A stretch of DNA of 64,000 nucleotides from Eledone cirrhosa (Eukaryota): NCBI GenBank assembly GCA_964016885.1, contig OZ024746.1, forward strand, positions 992,001 through 1,056,000, read 5' to 3'. This document shows positions 36,252 to 50,270 of the stretch, in pieces. Under the pieces are notes generated by a model. It saw only the letters and a list, made by a program, of their open reading frames with translations. It was not told the origin of the DNA and did no database searches. The stretch's first letter is position 1, and each line of letters opens with the position of its first letter. The position numbers and the translations under genes are program-made.

Positions 36252-38420
36252 TCTCTCTCTCCACCACTCCTCTCTACTTCTCTCTCCACCACTCCTCTCT
36301 ACCTCGCTCTCCACCTCTCCTCTCTACCTCTCTCTCTCCACCTCTCCTCTCTACCTCTCTCTCTCCACCTCTCCTCTCTACCTCTCTCTCTCCACCTCTC
36401 CTCTCTACCTCTCTCTCTCCACCTCTCCTCTCTACCTCTCCTCTCTACCTCTCTCTCCACCTCTCCTCTCTACCTCTCTCTCTACCTCTCTCTCCACCTC
36501 TCCTCTCTACCTCTCTCTCCACCTCTCTCTCCACCTCTCTCTCCACCTCTCCTCTCTACCTCTCTCTCTCCACCTCTCCTCTCTACCTCTCTCTCTCCAC
36601 CTTTCCTCTCTACCTCTCTCTCCACCTCTCCTCTCTACCTCTCTCTCCACCTCTCCTCTCTACCTCTCTCTCCACCTCTCTCTCTCTCTCTCTCTCTCTC
36701 TCCACCTCTCCCTTCCTCCCACTCAACCTCTCACCTTACATGGGAACATGTGAAGGCCACAACATCCACCATTACTCAACATATTTTTACTTGGACAGGT
36801 TTTTGTTTTTGATTGTTTATTAATTTTGAATATTTTGTTGTGATGGTGGTGGTGGTGGTGGTTGTGATAATGGTGGTGGTGGTTGTGGTGGTGGTGGTGG
36901 TGGTTGTGATAATGGTGGTGGTGGTTGTGGTGGTGGTGGTGGTGGTTGTGATGGTGGTGGTGGTTGTGGTGGTGGTGGTGGTGGTGGTGGTTGTGGTGGT
37001 GGTTGTGGTGGTGGTGGTGGTGGTTGTGATGGTGGTGGTGGTGGTGGTTGTGATGGTGGTGGTGGTGGTTGTGGTGGTTGTGGTGGTGGTGGTGGTGGTG
37101 GTTGTGATGGTGGTGGTGGTTGTGATAATGGTGGTGGTGGTGGTTGTGATGGTGGTGGTGGTGGTGGTTGTGGTGGTTGTGGTGGTGGTTGTGATGGTGG
37201 TGGTGGTGGTGGTTGTGGTGGTGGTGGTGGTGGTTGTGATGGTGGTGTGGTGGTGGTGGTTGTGATGGTGGTGGTGGTGGTTGTGGTGGTTGTGTGGTGG
37301 TGGTGGTTGTGATGGTGGTGGTGATGGTTGTGATGGTTGTGATGGTGGTGGTGGTTGTGATGGTAGTGGTGGTTGTGGTTGTGATGGTGGTGGTGGTTGT
37401 GGTGGTTGTATGATGGTGGTGGTGGTGGTGGTTATGCTGGTGGTGGTGGTGGTTGGGATGGTGGTGGTGGTGGTGGTGATGGTGGTGGTGGTTGTGATGG
37501 TGGTGGTGTTGGTTGTGATGGTGGAGGTGGTTGTGATGGTGGTGGTGATGGTGGTAGTGCTGGTGGTGGTGGTGGTGGTGGTGATGGCGGTAGTGATGGT
37601 GGTGGTGGTGGTGATGGTGGTAGTGAAGGTGGTGGTGGTTGTGATGGTAGTGGTGGTGGTGGTGGTAGTGATGGTGGTAGTGAAGGTGGTGGTGGTTGTG
37701 ATGGTAGTGGTGGTGATAGTGGTGGTGGTGGTGATGGTGGTAGTGATGGTGGTGGTGGTGGTTGTGAAGGTGGTAGTGATGGTGGTGGTGATGGTGGTAG
37801 TGATGGTGGTGGTTGTGATGGTAGTGGTGGTGGTGATAGTGGTGGTGGTGGTGATGGTGGTAGTGATGGTGGTAGTGATGGTGGTAGTGGTGTGATGGTG
37901 GTGGTGGTGGTGGTTGTGAAGGTGGTAGTGAAGGTGGTAGTGATGGTGGTGGTGATGGTGGTTGTGGTGGTGGTGGTGGTGGTGTTGGTGTGGTTGTTGT
38001 TATTTTTGTTATTGTGGTGGTGGTTGTTGTGGTTGTGGTTGTGGTTGTGGTTGTTGTGGTTGTTGTTGTTGTGGTGGTTGTTGTGGTTGTTGTGGTTGTT
38101 GTTGTTGTGGTTGTTGTTGTTGTTGTTGTTGTGGTGGTTGTTGTGGTTGTTGTGGTGGTGGTGGTTGTTGTTGTGGTTGTTGTTGTGGTTGTTGTTGTTG
38201 TTGTGGTTGTTGTTGTTTTTATGGTTGTTGTTGTGGTTGTTGTGGTTGTTGTTGTGGTGGTGGTGGTTGTTGTTGTGGTTGTTGTTGTGGTTGTTGTTGT
38301 TGTTGTTGTTGTTGTGGTTGTTGTTGTGGTTGTTGTGGTGGTTGTTGTTGTTGTTGTGGTGGTTGTTGTTGTGGTTGTTGTGGCTGTTGTTGTGGTTGTT
38401 GTGGTTGTTGTTGTTGTTAT
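36252..38420. repeat. CT-rich tract (36252-36720) and (GGT/GTT)n array (36838-38420)
   Basis: Direct inspection; source of the poly-V/T/H/G/C ORFs. Confidence 0.95.
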
Positions 38421-39674
38421 AAATATAGATTGTTGTTGTTTAATATTCTTCTTTCTCTCACTCTTTCCTTCTCTCTCACTATCTCTCTCCCTCTCACTAT
38501 CTCTCTCCATTTCTCACTCTGTCTCTCTGTCCTTCTCTCACTTTCCCTCTCTCATTCCTTCTCTCTCTCACTTTCCCTCTCTCATTCCTTCTCTCTCTCA
38601 ATCCCTTTTCTTCTTTCTCTATGCCCCTCTCTCTCTCTATCTCTACCCCTTCTCTCCCTCCTCTCTCTCCCGCCATGCATTATCTCTCAATGTGAGTACA
38701 TGTGTATAAAATACTCGGTCCTTTTGAAAATGTTTTATGCTAATACATTGGAAAGAACTTCTATTACAAACCTGGGTGAGGGACGGTGGGTGGGGCTGTA
38801 GAGGGGTGGGGGTCGGAGAGGTAGATTGACAGGGGAGAGTAAGTGCTAGGCCACCGAGATGAAACAACAAAAAGCAAGCACATGCTGAAGAAGATAAGGT
38901 AATATGAAGTAAGTGATGTCTTCAACTCCCAGATCAAAGTAAAAGATATCTCCACCAGTTTTATGGATATCAATAACTCTTTATTGATCTTTACTATCTA
39001 TTACCTCTAAATTGTTTGATTTGCCTGATTTCCCAGCAAACCCCAAATTGCTGTAATACCCCAAATATATTATTACACGCAGCATATGAAAGGAAAGAGA
39101 AGATTCAAAAATGATATTTTTTTGTTTGTGTTTGATTTTGTGTTTTTGCTTTTTTGTTTTGTTGTTTTTTTTAAATATTAGAGAACCTCTGCAATATTTT
39201 TGTTGACATGTTTATAAAAGGTCAATTAATAACCCCAAAATTACTACTCTCGGGTCTCCAATAATCATCCCGTCCCTCCACTTATTAATTTTTCAGATAT
39301 TTTTCCACCATACCCCACTCCGCTCTTATTCCACCCCATTTATTAAATTTTACTAATCTATCTCCATCAAAATTTTATTGTAAGTGGTAACATTCCTGTG
39401 ACAATTAATTTTCTTTATACATTAAAATTCATTATAAATGACAAAAAAGTACATTACAAAAAATAAAATGTGTACAAACCAATTTGACTAAAGCAGTTTG
39501 TCTAGTAGAGTGGAACCCAGATATCTTTTGTTGTGGAACCCCCAACTTTACTTTATAGGCAAACCTCACTGCCCTAAATTGTCTCAAATGGAATGCTTTG
39601 CAGTATTTTTTTCTGCTATTTGTATTCTAGGTTCAAATCACACTGTGGCCTACTATAGTGATAAACTTAATCTG

Positions 39675-40745
39675 TTACCTAGCTCCGGGCTACCGCCATG
39701 CATCTCTCCCCGCTGACCTCGATTCTTGTATCCGAGGAGATACGCAACATCAGCTTTGACGACATCGGATGGCAACAGGCTACTTTACCTGTCAGATATG
39801 GTGGCCTCGGCCTCTGCTCCCCGATCTCGCTGGTTTTGCCGGCGTTTGTTTCATCGGTAACCTCATGCCGCGTCCTCTCAGCAGGGTTCTCTAAACAATA
39901 GAACCCTCTGTGATCGGGGAACGTGAGGTTGCCTGTGAGACATGAGGCCACCTGTGAGACGTAAGACCAGCTGGGACTTAGCCCAGTAGACGTCCCTTCT
40001 CCTCCTGCTGACATTAAGTTCCCCCATATCATTTGGGATGCTATCCACTGCAACCTGGCTTCAGACAGGCTTATGCGCCAGCTCCACCTTGCCTGTTTTC
40101 GCGTGGCCTCCAAACCTCACAGTGGTGCCTTGCCCTCCTTCCCCACTGGCATGCAGCTGGATAACGATAGCCTGCGCATCAGTGTTTCCCTGAGGCTTGG
40201 CCTCTGGATCTGCAAGCCACATAAATGTCGCAGTGGATCCACCATGGACTCTTTCAGCCTCCACCCGCTTTCCTGTCAGCACAGTGCCGGCTGCCTTCCA
40301 CACCACGCTGACCTCAACGAGGTCATAAAGCATGGCTTGGACGCTGCAGGCTTCCCCTCCCAGCTTGAGCCAGTGGGGCTGGACCAAGGGGAAGGCAAAA
40401 GGCCAGACGGTATGACCATCTTCCCGTTCCACTTGCAGCGACACTTTCTCCAGCCCCAATCTGGTGCAGTCTGTGACTAACCCAGGTTCTGCTGAACTTC
40501 GGGCTGAGGAGGCCAAACTCTCTAAGTACCGGTCACTCTCCAACAGGTTCGCGGTCATGCCCTTGGCAGTGGAGACTTCTGGTGTCCTCTGCCCTAGGGC
40601 TACCTCCCTACTCACCACCATAAGCGCTGAGCTGGCCAGCCGCAGGTGTGTGCCTCACGAGTTGGAATGGCTCTTCCACCACATCTCCCTTACCATCCTT
40701 CAGGAAAACGCTGTCTCCATTCTGTCTGTTGGGGCTGTAGGGAGG
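39675..40745 (+). mobile_element. CRE-like non-LTR retrotransposon, 3' ~1 kb, decayed
   Basis: WQQATLPVRYGGLGL; RISVSLRLGL; degenerate zinc knuckle HKC...HPLSC; HHADLNEVIK; KRPDGMTIFPF; KLSKY; PLAVETSGVL; LFHHISLTILQENA. These are CRE-clade restriction-like endonuclease motifs. Confidence 0.85.
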
Positions 40746-41289
40746 CCAGCACATGGGACCCCATTTGTTCACCATACGGAGAGATGGAGAGGGCGAGGGA
40801 GATGGAGGCGATGACAGTGGGAGTTCGGCTCTTCCACGTTCGGACCATATCCTTGTAGTTGTATTCAATATGTGTGTTTAAGTATGTAATCACCACCTTA
40901 TTAATAAAAAGTTATGTTCTAAACACTGAAGGATTAAAACACTTGAAGATGCCAGAAACATCGATTATAACTTGTTTCAATTGCTAAATATAAATAGAAT
41001 CACTTATAAATGGCTCAACATTTCTTTTGCTGCTTACAACATTGGATATTATTGAGTTGTCAATACAATATTTGACAGCACCACTGTGTCTTTACTGTCT
41101 TGAACAGGGTCCACTCTGTTGCAAACATTTAGTTAAGGTTTCCAGTTAGAGGACACCTTTTGCTCTCCTTCTTACTTAGCTTGAAGATCTTCAGAAAAGG
41201 GTCATAAGCATTATTCTTTCTCCTCTCTAAACAAAGATTCACATTATTTGGTTGATCCATTTTTTTCTCCAGCAGCAACCTGGTATGTT

Positions 41290-41545
41290 GAGCTACCAGC
41301 CTAGGCTTTGCTGCTCAGCAGGCCAAAGAGGGTAAACTGTCAAAGTATCGGCCTCTCTCTAAAAGGTTTTTGGTCAAACCTGTTGCAATGGAGCTGTTCT
41401 TGGTCCCCATACCACATCCCTACTGTTATCGAGGTGGAATTGGCTACCTACAAGAGCAAGCCCTGTGAGATGGAATGGCTGTACCAGCACATCTCCCTCA
41501 CCATCTTCTGCTCCAATGTCTTCTCCATCCTAACCACTGACCCCC
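41290..41545 (+). mobile_element. CRE-like 3' fragment
   Basis: EMEWLYQHISLTIFCSNVFSIL; homologous to 40500-40730. Confidence 0.7.
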
Positions 41546-41719
41546 AAACAGTGAACACCAGAGTAGTGTTGGTTTAAGACTTACAGGAGGGGTGGGGAGA
41601 GGGCTTGTTTTATTTTGTTATATTTATATATTTTATATTTACTTATTTTCATTGATTTATTTATTTGTATTTATTTTTATATTTTATTTTTGTTTATATT
41701 TATTTCATTATTGTTTATC

Positions 41720-42270
41720 TACACATATATACCATATATATATACACACATATATATCATATATATATCATATATATACACACATATATATCATATATAT
41801 CACATATCTACATACATATATCATATATATCACATATCTACAGACACATATATCATATATATATACACACATATATATCATATATATCACATATCTACAT
41901 ACATATATCATATATATCACATATCTACAGACACATATATCATATATATCACATATCTACACACATATATCATATATATCACATATATATACACATATAT
42001 ATGTGATATGTATCATATATATATATATATACACATATATACACATACATATCATATCTATACACATATCTACACATATACCTACACACACATATATACA
42101 CATATATATACACACATATATACACATATATATACACACATATATATACACACACATATATACACACATATATATACACATATATACACATATATATACA
42201 CACACATATACACACATATACACACATATATACACATATATATACACGCATATATACACACATATATATA

Positions 42271-42302
<32 letters not shown>

Positions 42303-42345
42303 CACATATATATACACACATATCTACACAAATCTCTACATACAA
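41720..42345. repeat. (TA/CA)n compound microsatellite
   Basis: Direct inspection. Confidence 0.9.
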
Positions 42346-42479
42346 TTTTTTTCCTATTACTGGTCAGTCCTAAGAAAACTGAAAGAAAGGCTGCAGTGAG
42401 TGTGAGTGTGAGTGGGTGGGTGTGAGTGGGTGCGTGAAGGAGTGACAACTGCCTGGTGCATTAAGACAAATTCAACTCT

Positions 42480-44175
42480 TCTGGCTGGTTGAGTGGCTGG
42501 CTGGTTGAGTGGCTGGCTGGTTGAGTGGCTGGCTGGTTGAGTGGCTGGCTGGTTGAGTGGCTGGTTGGATGAGTGGCTGGCTGGTTGAGTGGCTGGCTGG
42601 TTGAGTGGCTGGTTGGTTGAGTGGCTGGCTGGTTGAGTGGCTGGTTGGTTGAGTGGCTGGCTGGTTGAGTGGCTGGCTGGTTGAGTGGCTGGCTGGTTGA
42701 GTGGCTGGTTGGTTGGCTGGCTGGTTGGTTGAGTGGCTGGCTTCTTGAGTGGCTGGCTGGTTGAGTGGCTGGCTGGTTGGGTAGCTGGTTGGTTGAGTGG
42801 CTGGTTGGTTGAGTGGCTGGCCGGTTGAGTGGCTGGCTGGTTGAGTGGCTGGCTGGTTGAGTGGCTGGCTGGTTGAATGGCTGGCTGGTTGAATGGCTGG
42901 CTGGTTGAGTGGCTGGTTGGTTGAGTGGCTGGCTGGTTGAGTGGCTGGTTGGTTGAGTGGCTGGCTGGTTGAGTGGCTGGCCGGTTGAGTGGCTGGCTGG
43001 TTGAGTGGCTGGTTGGTTGGCTGGCTGATTGGTTGGCTGGCTGGTTGGTTGAGTGGCTGGCTGGTTGAGTGGCTGGCTGGTTGAGTGGCTGGTTGGTTGA
43101 GTGGCTGGCTGGTTGAGTGGCTGGCTGGTTGAGTGGCTGGCTGGTTGAGTGGCTGGTTGGTTGGCTGGCTGGTTGGTTGAGTGGCTGGCTTCTTGAGTGG
43201 CTGGCTGGTTGAGTGGCTGGCTGGTTGGGTAGCTGGTTGGTTGAGTGGCTGGTTGGTTGAGTGGCTGGCCGGTTGAGTGGCTGGCTGGTTGAATGGCTGG
43301 TTGGTTGAGTGGCTGGTTGGTTGAGTGGCTGGCTGGTTGAGTGGCTGGTTGGTTGAGTGGCTGGTTGGTTGGCTGGCTGGTTGGTTGGCTGGCTGGTTGG
43401 TTGGCTGGCTGGTTGGTTGAGTGGCTGGTTGGTTGAGTGGCTGGCTTCTTGAGTGGCTGGTTGGTTGAGTGGCTGGCTGGTTGAGTGGCTGGCTGGTTGA
43501 GTGGCTGGTTGGTTGGCTGGCTGGTTGGTTGGCTGGCTGATTGGTTGAGTGGCTGGCTGGTTGAGTGGCTGGCTGGTTGAGTGGCTGGCTGGTTGAATGG
43601 CTGGTTGGTTGAGTGGCTGGCTGGTTGAGTGGCTGGCCGGTTGAGTGGCTGGCTGGTTGAATGGCTGGTTGGTTGAGTGGCTGGCTTCTTGAGTGGCTGG
43701 TTGGTTGAGTGGCTGGCTGGTTGAATGGCTGGTTGGTTGAGTGGCTGGTTGGTTGAGTGGCTGGCTGGTTTAGTGGCTGGTTGGTTGGGTGGCTGGTTGG
43801 TTGAATGGCTGGTTGGTTGAGTGGCTGGTTGGTTGGCTGGCTGGTTGGTTGAATGGCTGGCTGGTTGGGTGGCTGGTTGGTTGGTTGAGTGGCTGGCTGG
43901 TTGAGTGGCTGGCTGGTTGAGTGGCTGGCTGGTTGAATGGCTGGTTGGTTGAGTGGCTGGCTTCTTGAGTGGCTGGCTTCTTGAGTGGCTGGTTGGTTGA
44001 ATGGCTGGTTGGTTGAGTGGCTGGCTGGTTGGGTGGCTGGTTGGTTGGTTGAGTGGCTGGCTGGTTGAGTGGCTGGTTGGTTGGCTGGCTGGTTGGTTGA
44101 GTGGCTGGTTGGTTGAGTGGCTGGCTGGTTGAATGTCTGGCTGGTTGAATGGCTACCTGGTTGATGGCTGGCTGC
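42480..44175. repeat. (GGCT/GGTT/GAGT) tetranucleotide-based 16/20-bp satellite, ~1.7 kb
   Basis: Unit ggctggctggttgagt and variants; explains the 570-aa QPASHST ORF. Confidence 0.95.
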
Positions 44176-44307
44176 TTTGGCCATTCATTGAAGGTTAAAG
44201 TTTAGTTCCAGATGAGTGAACATTGGGTCAATTTGGCAGAAAGAGTGAAGGAAAGGAAGAAAAGCAAAGATAAGCAGCTGATGGTGACATTGGAGGGAAT
44301 TATAGAG

Positions 44308-44490
44308 AATTTGGTAACCACTAGAGAGAGAGGGGGGAGGGAGAGACAATTTGGTAACCACTAGAGAGAGAGGGGGGAGGGAGAGACAATTTGGTAACCA
44401 CTAGAGAGAGGGGGGAGGGAGAGACAATTTGGTAACCACTAGAGAGAGGGGGGAGGGAGAGACAATTTGGTAACCACTAGAGAGAGAGAT
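44308..44490. repeat. ~38-40-bp purine-rich minisatellite, 4.5 copies
   Basis: Unit aatttggtaaccact(ag)n ggggggagggagagac. Confidence 0.9.
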
Positions 44491-44660
44491 TTCACAGCTT
44501 AATCACTGCTATCTTCAATGGATAGCTGCACACTGAAGAGCCTTATGCTGCTACTTTTTAGGGGCCTTTTACATGGAAACACTTTATTACACCTTCACTG
44601 ATTTTGTCCCCTTTTTTATTATATATATATATGTATATATATATATATAATATCTCTCTC

Positions 44661-44768
<108 letters not shown>

Positions 44769-44864
44769 TATATACACACACACATATACATATATATATA
44801 TATATATAATATCTCTCTCTATATACACATATATATACACACACACATATACACACACACACAT

Positions 44865-44919
<55 letters not shown>

Positions 44920-45351
44920 TATATACACACACACATATACATATATATATATATATATAATATCTCTCTCTATATACACACATATACACACACACACATA
45001 CACACACACACACATATATACATATATATATATATTATTTTTTGTATTTATTATGTTGTTTGGTAGTGGAGGGGGAGTATTTGCATCTCCCACTCTGACA
45101 CTTATTTGTCCAGTTTTCTGTGACCCCCCACCAACACAAATTTCTTTCATCCATCTCTCTCTCCCGCTCTCTCCCCTATCCCTTTCTCTCTCACACAGCC
45201 CCTCCTCCTCTCACTCTCCCCCCTACCTCTCTCCCTACACCCTCTCTGCAGTAGTACTGATGTGATATGTAATGACCTGTCCAACCCATGCCAGCATTGA
45301 AAAATGGATATAAAATTATATATATATATAATTGATATATATATATAATTG

Positions 45352-45392
<41 letters not shown>

Positions 45393-45819
45393 TTTAGGGG
45401 CATTCTTTGCTTGTTTAGGATTCTCGTTCATTTCACTTCATTGTAGAGAGAGAGAGAGAGAGAGAGAAATTAGTTAGAAAAAAGTCTTCTTTGTCATTTT
45501 CACACTTGCCAACATGTAAGGACATTAACAACAACATTAACAATTAGAACAAAGAAGGTGACAAGCATGGTGAAGAATAGTTTGGTGTAGTATTCAGTAT
45601 TAGAAGTAAATAGAAATATCTAAGTGTAAAGTTTGTCTTGAGACCGGTCCATGACCCAGTTTGGTGGCGTCAAGTGACTGAAAGTCCAAAACTCCTATTT
45701 GAGGACCGATCATTGTGAAAATTTAGAGTAAACTAAAGTCTTGTACTTTCAAGAATGTCTTGCTACAGGACATTGAGTTAACAAAGGTTCTTATAGAAAA
45801 TTATAATTGAAAATAATCA

Positions 45820-46160
45820 GAAGGGAGGTAGGTGTAAAAACCAAACTCGCTATCTTCAGTTTGGTATTCATGCCAACCCTTACCTACGGTCATGAATCTT
45901 GGACATGTGGTTAGAATATCTCAGAAAAGAATCACTGGACATATTTTATGAGCAAAACTAGCCAGCAGGAAACCCAGGGGTAGACCCCGAGCAAGATGGT
46001 TGGATAACATCCGTGAACTTGGTTGGTCTCACATGGAGATCCAGCTGGATCAATTGGAGACGGTTGCTTCTGACAGGACCAGCTGGAAGGAGTGTTTGAG
46101 GATTCTGCCACTCCCCCCCCCCCCCCTGACCCTCTCAGGAATAAGTGGGCGAAGAAGAAG
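45820..46160 (+). mobile_element. Expander/Rex3-like RTE 3' fragment with internal deletion
   Basis: Matches 345-430 joined directly to ~599-845. Confidence 0.85.
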
Positions 46161-47100
46161 TTTTTAGATAAACATAAGCAGTTTTAAATTGACAGTTTTG
46201 TTCCATAGAACAAAGGGCAGTCTGAGGCAGTCTGGCACCAAAAGAGTTAAACACATTAGTTACTCTGTGTATATTATTATATTACAAATAGTATAATGAG
46301 GGGAGTCCAGTCATAAAATGACTCGTCTAAAATAATTCCTTGATTTAATAGCAGAAATTCAGTTGTCTCTACTGTGAAATAAACTCTAATAATTTATTCT
46401 TTCTTTTTTATATATATATAATTTTGCAAACCCAAATTTTTTTAAGGGGCTAGTTGGTTTGTTGGTTGGTTTGTTGTTTGTTACCTTCAAAAATGATCTA
46501 ATCAAAAGTCATTTGTGCATATTTTGTCGTCATTCACAATCAAGATTCATTACAGATTATCTAATTTAAAGCCAATTTAAGGTCGACTAAACATTTATTT
46601 TCACCATCAGTTTGTATCTAAGAAGCATGAATATTGTGAAAACACAGAACACACATCATTTGAATTATCAACACAGAAGATATAACTGCTGCAGTACAAG
46701 AGGTTAATAATATCTGAAGTTTTCATGCCTCACTTGTTCATCATCACTTCAGCCCCTCTTGCACTCTGCTTCTTGGCCCTTCACATTGAGTCATGCAACA
46801 ATAACAACAATAATAAATAGTAAAATGAAATTTAATAGAAAACTCTTCAGTCTTCTTCTTCTAAAGTAAATTTTCTTCATTTTGCATTTCTGAAAATTTA
46901 TAAATTCAAAGAATTTAATTTATAAATAATATAAATAAAAGCAAATTAATCTTTTTATTACCATATTTCTATTTAAAGACACTGTCTAGATTTTTCAAAT
47001 CATTTTGAAAATATTCCAGAATTTATTATTAAGCTGGTGTTTAAAATATAACAAAGGTTCTTGTATAAAATTATGATGGAAGGATTTTAGATTAATATAA

Positions 47101-47538
47101 AGGTGCATGGCTTAGTGGTTAGAGCATTGGGCTTGCAATCGAAAGGTTGTGAGTTCAATTCTCGGACCGGGTGATGTGTTGTTTCCTTGAGCAAGACACT
47201 CTATTTCACATTGTTCCAGTTTACTCAGCTGTAGAAATGAGATGATAGGGACTGGGGTCCCTATCATTCCACTGCAAAGAGGTCGTGGAGGTGCCACGGC
47301 AAAAAAGCACCCAGCCCACACTGTAAAGTGGATGTGTAGGCACCATGGAAAAAAAGCACCCAGCACTCACTGTAAATGAGGTTGGTGTTAGGAAAGGCAT
47401 CCAGCTGTAGAAATAAATCCAGAATCAGTTCCCGTATGAGCAAGACAGGGTCAGCCGACCGGGCACTGCCCACAACAAGACAACCCGTCTAACCCATGCT
47501 AGCGTGGAAGAACAAACGTAAAACGATGATGATGATGA
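47101..47538 (+). mobile_element. CORE-type tRNA SINE with internal duplication and a variant 3' tail
   Basis: A/B boxes and CORE as at 9391, a duplicated gcacc..aaaaaagcacccagc..cactgtaaa segment, and a tail resembling that of 5050-5205. Confidence 0.85.
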
Positions 47539-48547
47539 CTCTACCAAAGTTGAGTCTAGTTTTTCTTTGATATTCTGAGTTGAAATCCTGTTGAGGGGAA
47601 GTTTTATGTCAAGATTTAACAGAACAATGATTCTGGTTAAACTGAGAAGTGGAAGAATATGATATGCTTAGGAAGTATATCACATTCTTCCACTTCTCAA
47701 ACTATTTGAGCTATTTTGTTGGCTAGCAGGAGCTCACACCACTGTCTAGCTCTAACATCAATAATATGAGTTAGAAATTCAGATTTCTTCTGTTCTCTCC
47801 ATTATTCTCCTCATGTCACAAGGAGAGAATAGAAAGAACTTCTTTAAACTCTGTAAAGCAGTAAACAGATATTATATCAACTCTTAAACAAATCTTATGG
47901 AACAAAGTTTCTAGCTTTTCAATCATTGCCTTAATGGAATTGGTCTTTCTTTCTGTTTTTTTTTTACCATTTGTTGCTGCTTCATAAATCTTCTTAGCGC
48001 TTGCCATTAATGACAAATTGATTCTTATAAAGTCTATATATTGGCAAACATAAAAACTGGCTTTAAACCCTGCTCCCACCCCCACACACACTAACTTCTT
48101 AGGTTGGTTAAGATCTTATTAATTCACACAAAAATAACTTTCTGTTCATAGTGGAATTATCTCCAGAGAGAAGAGTTTGATATTGTTTTCCTTTAATCCA
48201 AGAGGAATACAAGAATACAGGAATAAGTAGTCAACAATTCCTCAGCAAATTTATTTATTACTATTATAAGAGGAAGGCAGTGAAATTCAGGTGTGATAAG
48301 CAAAACTTTAAATCTAGATAATACATACCTTAAATATTTCATTACCATATTTCTAATAAAAAAACATTGCCTATTATTTTCAATGAATTTCGAAAATAAT
48401 CCAGAATTTGTATGGATTTAGTAATATAACTAACGTCATCATTGCTAAACGTCCACTTCCCATGCATGGGTTAGATTAGTTGTTATCTTTACACTGGGGT
48501 TTCATACATAATAGAATTGTCTTAGAAGATTTCTATATAAATATAAA

Positions 48548-49059
48548 TTAATACCTTTGATACCAACTTGGCCAAAACTGGTTTTAGTTCTATAGAACAA
48601 ACACATTTTTTAATGGTTCTTATTTAAATTAAAATCCTTAAACATAATTTTATATAAGAACCATATATTACATTATCATCATCATGTCTGTTGTTCCATG
48701 CTTGCATGGGTTGGACAGGTCCTTCTCAGCACAGCATCTCTCCACTCACCGCGTTTCTTCATCATGTTCTCTGTGAGTCTCAGTGATTTGAGATCAGCTC
48801 TCACCACCTCTACCCAGGTCTTCCTTGGTCTACCTCTACTGCAGCTTCCTTCAACTGTCATTTCCAGGCACTTCTTCACCCATCGTTACTATCTTAATGA
48901 AATAATTAATAATTTTAAGAAATCCCTCATAATTATTGAATAATTAAATGAAACAGAATGTATTTCATTAGAAATAAGATGATAAAAACAGCTGAAATAA
49001 AACAGTTTTATATCCTAGATCTGGGAGCAAGTTCTGGCAACTGGTATCAGAATGGTTAA
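48548..49059. mobile_element. piggyBac-like MITE (TTAA ends) with a nested RTE 3' fragment (48673-48880, minus strand)
   Basis: Ends ttaatacctttgataccaac / ctggtatcagaatggttaa; the nested piece reads KKCLEMTVEGSCSRGRPRKTWVEVVRADL. Confidence 0.6.
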
Positions 49060-49557
49060 AACAACATACAGCTTTAAGCACTGATACATTGCACTAAAAC
49101 CTTGTTTTATCATAATTTCGAACTCTCTCTGTCTTGTCATATGACACATGCACAGTGGTTAGAAAGGCAGGTTGAGACCGGCAAGCCAGACTAAGGCGTC
49201 ATTTATAGTATAATGGATTGCCTCCAAGCTGTCAGGGAAAACACCTGAGGGAGCAATCCTGAACAACATGCAGCACTGTCTGGTCAAGGTACCCACAGTC
49301 ACATGCTCAGTTGTCTTTCATTGTCCATCAATGGAGATAATGGGTTGTCCTGGCATGTTGTGTGGATCTGATTAATGGACACCCATTACTTTCTAGGACG
49401 GTCAAAGCTGGTTAGTTTAGATGTAGGGTTCTGGACGAGGTCTTGGTTGGCAAATTTGGACTCATTCCATGATCTTTACCACTCTTCCTTATAATTTCAA
49501 TGAACTTGTTAGATAATGCCGTTACAAATAAGCTGAACTAATTAAAGATGATGTTAA

Positions 49558-50270
49558 TAATTGTTTCTACGTTAGGCACAAGGCCAGCAATTACCCAGTG
49601 CATTACTGGTACTTTATTTTATTGACCCCGTAAGGATGAAAGGCAAAGTCAACCTCGGCGGGATTTGAACTCAGATCGTAAAGGGACGTAACTATGCTGG
49701 AAAGCATGGCGTCCGACCCTCCACCGATACTGCCAATCCACCGCCTTAAAGATGATGTTAATAATGTTGCATGAATATGATTCTGGTTTCAAAACTAATG
49801 TAGGATACCAACCACAGTCATTTGGCCCTCGGTTCGTCAATATGAAAATTGATAATTATATTTATTATTGTTCCCAATACATAACTAAATACAGTAAAGG
49901 TATTTTTTCAGAGTTCTAATAATTCTGTGAACCCTAATAATAATGGTTTCTGACGCACAAGGCCACCAATTTTTTGGGGGAGGGGAATGTCGATTAAATC
50001 GACCCAGTGTGTTACTGGTACTTTATTTTATATACGGATGAAAAGCAAAGTTAATCTCGGCTGAATTTGAACTCAGAATGTAAAGGGCTGTAACTCTATG
50101 CTGTGAATCATATTGTCCAATGCTCTAACAATTCTGCCAATCCACCAATAATGATAATAATAATAATTGTTTCTACTTTAGGCACAAGGCCAGCAATTAC
50201 CCAGTACATTACTGGTACTTTATTTTATCGACCCCGTAAGGATGAAAGGCAAAGTCAACCTCGGTGGGAT
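49558..50270 (-). mobile_element. Cluster of three Meta-domain tRNA SINEs in (AAT)n context
   Basis: Reverse complement of B box GAGTTCAAATCCCGCC followed by TTGCCTTTCATCCTTACGGGGTC(G/A)ATAAAATAAAGTACCAG, at ~49558-49748, 49945-50145 and 50168-50270. Confidence 0.8.

Noticed and set aside
26970-38420. Complementary (ACC)n and (GGT)n arrays as giant inverted repeats of one element
   Set aside because: The interruption patterns differ (ATC versus AAC-rich) and there are no shared unique ends; they are independent microsatellites.
40921-40980. Hammerhead-like TTGAAGA-tgcca-GAAACATCGAT
   Set aside because: C3 is missing and stem II is absent; too decayed to call. The CTGACGA at ~1812-1818 (-) and CTGATGA at 15671 likewise lack partners.
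26930-44184. Mucin-like poly-Thr, His-rich, Cys/Gly-rich and QPASH ORFs
   Set aside because: Pure tri- and tetranucleotide repeats with no splice or domain support.
47816-48091. 91-aa minus-strand ORF, and a similar protein-like stretch at ~61940-62200 (-)
   Set aside because: No recognisable domain or splice signals; cannot be supported without a homology search.
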